NCBI GenBank assembly: GCA_043747615.1
Contig: JAYTOU010000070.1
Span: 1-50,565 of the forward strand
Length of the DNA: 50,565 nt
Direction: 5' to 3'
DNA from: Myxococcales bacterium
GTDB lineage: Bacteria > Myxococcota_A > Polyangia > Polyangiales > Polyangiaceae
The first letter of the stretch is position 1. Each line of letters starts with the position of its first letter. The notes under the pieces were generated by a model. It did no database searches and was not told the DNA's origin. It worked only from the letters and a program-made list of their open reading frames with translations. Of the stretch, positions 48,982 through 50,565 are shown piece after piece. A program made the translations under genes and the position numbers.

Positions 48982-49737
48982 TTGAATAAGCTGATTTCCA
49001 TGCTTCGTTTGTCGATCGGCTTCATCTTCGTTTCGGTGACGGCCATCATCACCTGCGTCATCGCGATCCCGCTGCTGCCGTCTCGGCCGATGCGGATCAA
49101 GCTCTGCAACTACTACGGGATGCTCGTGGGCTACGTCGTCGTGCGCCTCGCCGCCGTGACGCCGCAGGTGAACCACCGCGAACGCCTCCAGGAGAGCTTC
49201 CCGGCGATCTACGTCGCCAATCATACCTCCACGCTCGACGCCTTCATCTCCATCTGGCTTTGCCCCGTCGGCGGGTGCGGCGTGATGAAAAAAGAAATCC
49301 TCAAGATCCCCTTCTTCAACTTGCTGTACCTCCTTTCTGGGCACCTCTTGCTCGACCGCGCCAAGCCGCAAGAGGCGGTGGCCATGCTGAATGGGCTCGC
49401 GGAGGTCGTGAAGCGTCACCGCCTCGCGATCTGGATCATGCCCGAAGGGACGCGGAGTCGAGATGGCCGTCTCCTGCCGTTCAAGAAGGGCTTCGTCCAT
49501 CTGGCGATCGCCACCGGCCTTCCCGTCGTTCCGATAGTGATCCACGGAGCGAACAAGAACTGGGAAAAGGGCACCTTCCGCTTCCGCAAAATGAACATGA
49601 CCATCGACGTGCTCGAGGCCGTCGTCACAACCGGGTGGACGGCAGAGAACGCCGAAGCCCACGCCGCCACGGTTCACGATCTCCTCGCCGCCGCTCTCGG
49701 CGAGGAACAGAAGCCTCTGCCCGCGCTGTCGTCCTGA
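48982..49737 (+). CDS. plsC: 1-acyl-sn-glycerol-3-phosphate acyltransferase (PlsC family)
   Basis: NHTSTLD, PEGTRS, FKKG, PVVP. Confidence 0.88.
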   Translation: MNKLISMLRLSIGFIFVSVTAIITCVIAIPLLPSRPMRIKLCNYYGMLVGYVVVRLAAVTPQVNHRERLQESFPAIYVANHTSTLDAFISIWLCPVGGCGVMKKEILKIPFFNLLYLLSGHLLLDRAKPQEAVAMLNGLAEVVKRHRLAIWIMPEGTRSRDGRLLPFKKGFVHLAIATGLPVVPIVIHGANKNWEKGTFRFRKMNMTIDVLEAVVTTGWTAENAEAHAATVHDLLAAALGEEQKPLPALSS

Positions 49738-49768
49738 GGCCCATCGGGGAGGCGACCCCACGGCCACA

Positions 49769-50565
49769 TCAGCCGGGCGATAGTTTGCTCAAGACCGCGC
49801 GAACGACGTCGAAGCGAACCATGAGGTCGCCTTCGAGGGCTTCGAGCCGTTTGTTCGCGGCAGCGAGACGGTCCTCCGCATCGAGGAGACGCTTCACGAG
49901 CGGAGTCGCTGCGACGCCCGTGCCCCCTTTGTCGCCACCGAGCGCTTTGAGGTGCTCGCGAAATCGCTCCACGTCGGCATTGATGGCCTGAAGCTCCTTC
50001 TTCGCTCCTTCGACCGATTTGGCCGCCGCGGCTGCGTCCTTCATCCGCGACGCTGCCTCGGTGGCGACGGCGAGCTCGGACGCGGGCAGGCTCGCATGGA
50101 GAGCTATCTCGCGGAGCTGCTTCTCGGTGATCGCGCCGAACGTAGTTACCCGCGAGAGACCTTCGGTGACGTCGAACGTGCGGGAGGGCTTGTCCTTGGC
50201 CTTGAGCCGAAAGACGGCGACCGGGCGCGCGTTTGCTTCGTCGAAGTCGACGCTGTCGGTCCCCGTGATGGTGGCGTTGCGGTCCATGGGGAGCCCGACG
50301 TAAAAAGCGCGCGGCGTCGCGGCGCGGTTTTCGAGCTCGTACGTGATCTTGCTGGTGCGTAGAAAATGCTCTTCGAAGCGGTCTTGAACGAAAGTCAGCC
50401 TCTTCGAGACCTCGACCGCGGTGACTTTCTTTTCGGTGACCTCCGCGTCGAGCTCGTTCCCGAACTGCACGAAGCGACGCTCACCTGGCTTCAAGCGGTC
50501 GAGCGCGGCCTCTCCAGCGAAGCCCCCGGCCGCGAATACCGCGAGCGTTCCCGCCGGAAGGGTCT
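49769..50565 (-). CDS. DUF4139-like protein, C-terminal part (runs off the window)
   Basis: Open frame to the edge; LDRLKPGERRFVQFG..D motif and a C-terminal coiled coil. Confidence 0.6.
   Translation of the reverse strand, partial: TLPAGTLAVFAAGGFAGEAALDRLKPGERRFVQFGNELDAEVTEKKVTAVEVSKRLTFVQDRFEEHFLRTSKITYELENRAATPRAFYVGLPMDRNATITGTDSVDFDEANARPVAVFRLKAKDKPSRTFDVTEGLSRVTTFGAITEKQLREIALHASLPASELAVATEAASRMKDAAAAAKSVEGAKKELQAINADVERFREHLKALGGDKGGTGVAATPLVKRLLDAEDRLAAANKRLEALEGDLMVRFDVVRAVLSKLSPG

Overview
GC-rich bacterial DNA. The gene content (Cys-rich 'DAG' lipoproteins, hybrid kinases, PilZ, Flp/TadA, sigma54-type promoters) points to Myxococcota, probably Polyangiaceae-like; this assignment is inference. 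The window opens on the 3' end of a tRNA (probably tRNA-Glu), whose last 21 bp recur at 11438-11458 and bound an ~11.4 kb integrated island with a broken tyrosine integrase. The island carries an extended selenium/sulfur cluster: senA, senB and selD(senC) for selenoneine/selenosugar synthesis, plus a CxxxxC flavoprotein disulfide reductase, a DUF318 permease, a cysteine synthase, a NifS-like desulfurase (broken) and an MFS-rhodanese fusion. Directly beyond it lie a second integrase remnant and an arsenic operon (arsR-arsM-gapdh-arsJ) with three TTC-N10-GAA boxes. The rest holds tandem aldo/keto reductases, three histidine kinases, a lipoprotein phage-tail-type lysozyme, a Flp pilin, a PilZ-membrane fusion protein hybrid, ggt, TadA and many orphan lipoproteins. 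Many genes appear leaderless. Several genes carry deletions or frameshifts that could be real decay or assembly errors. All family calls come from motif recognition, not database searches.
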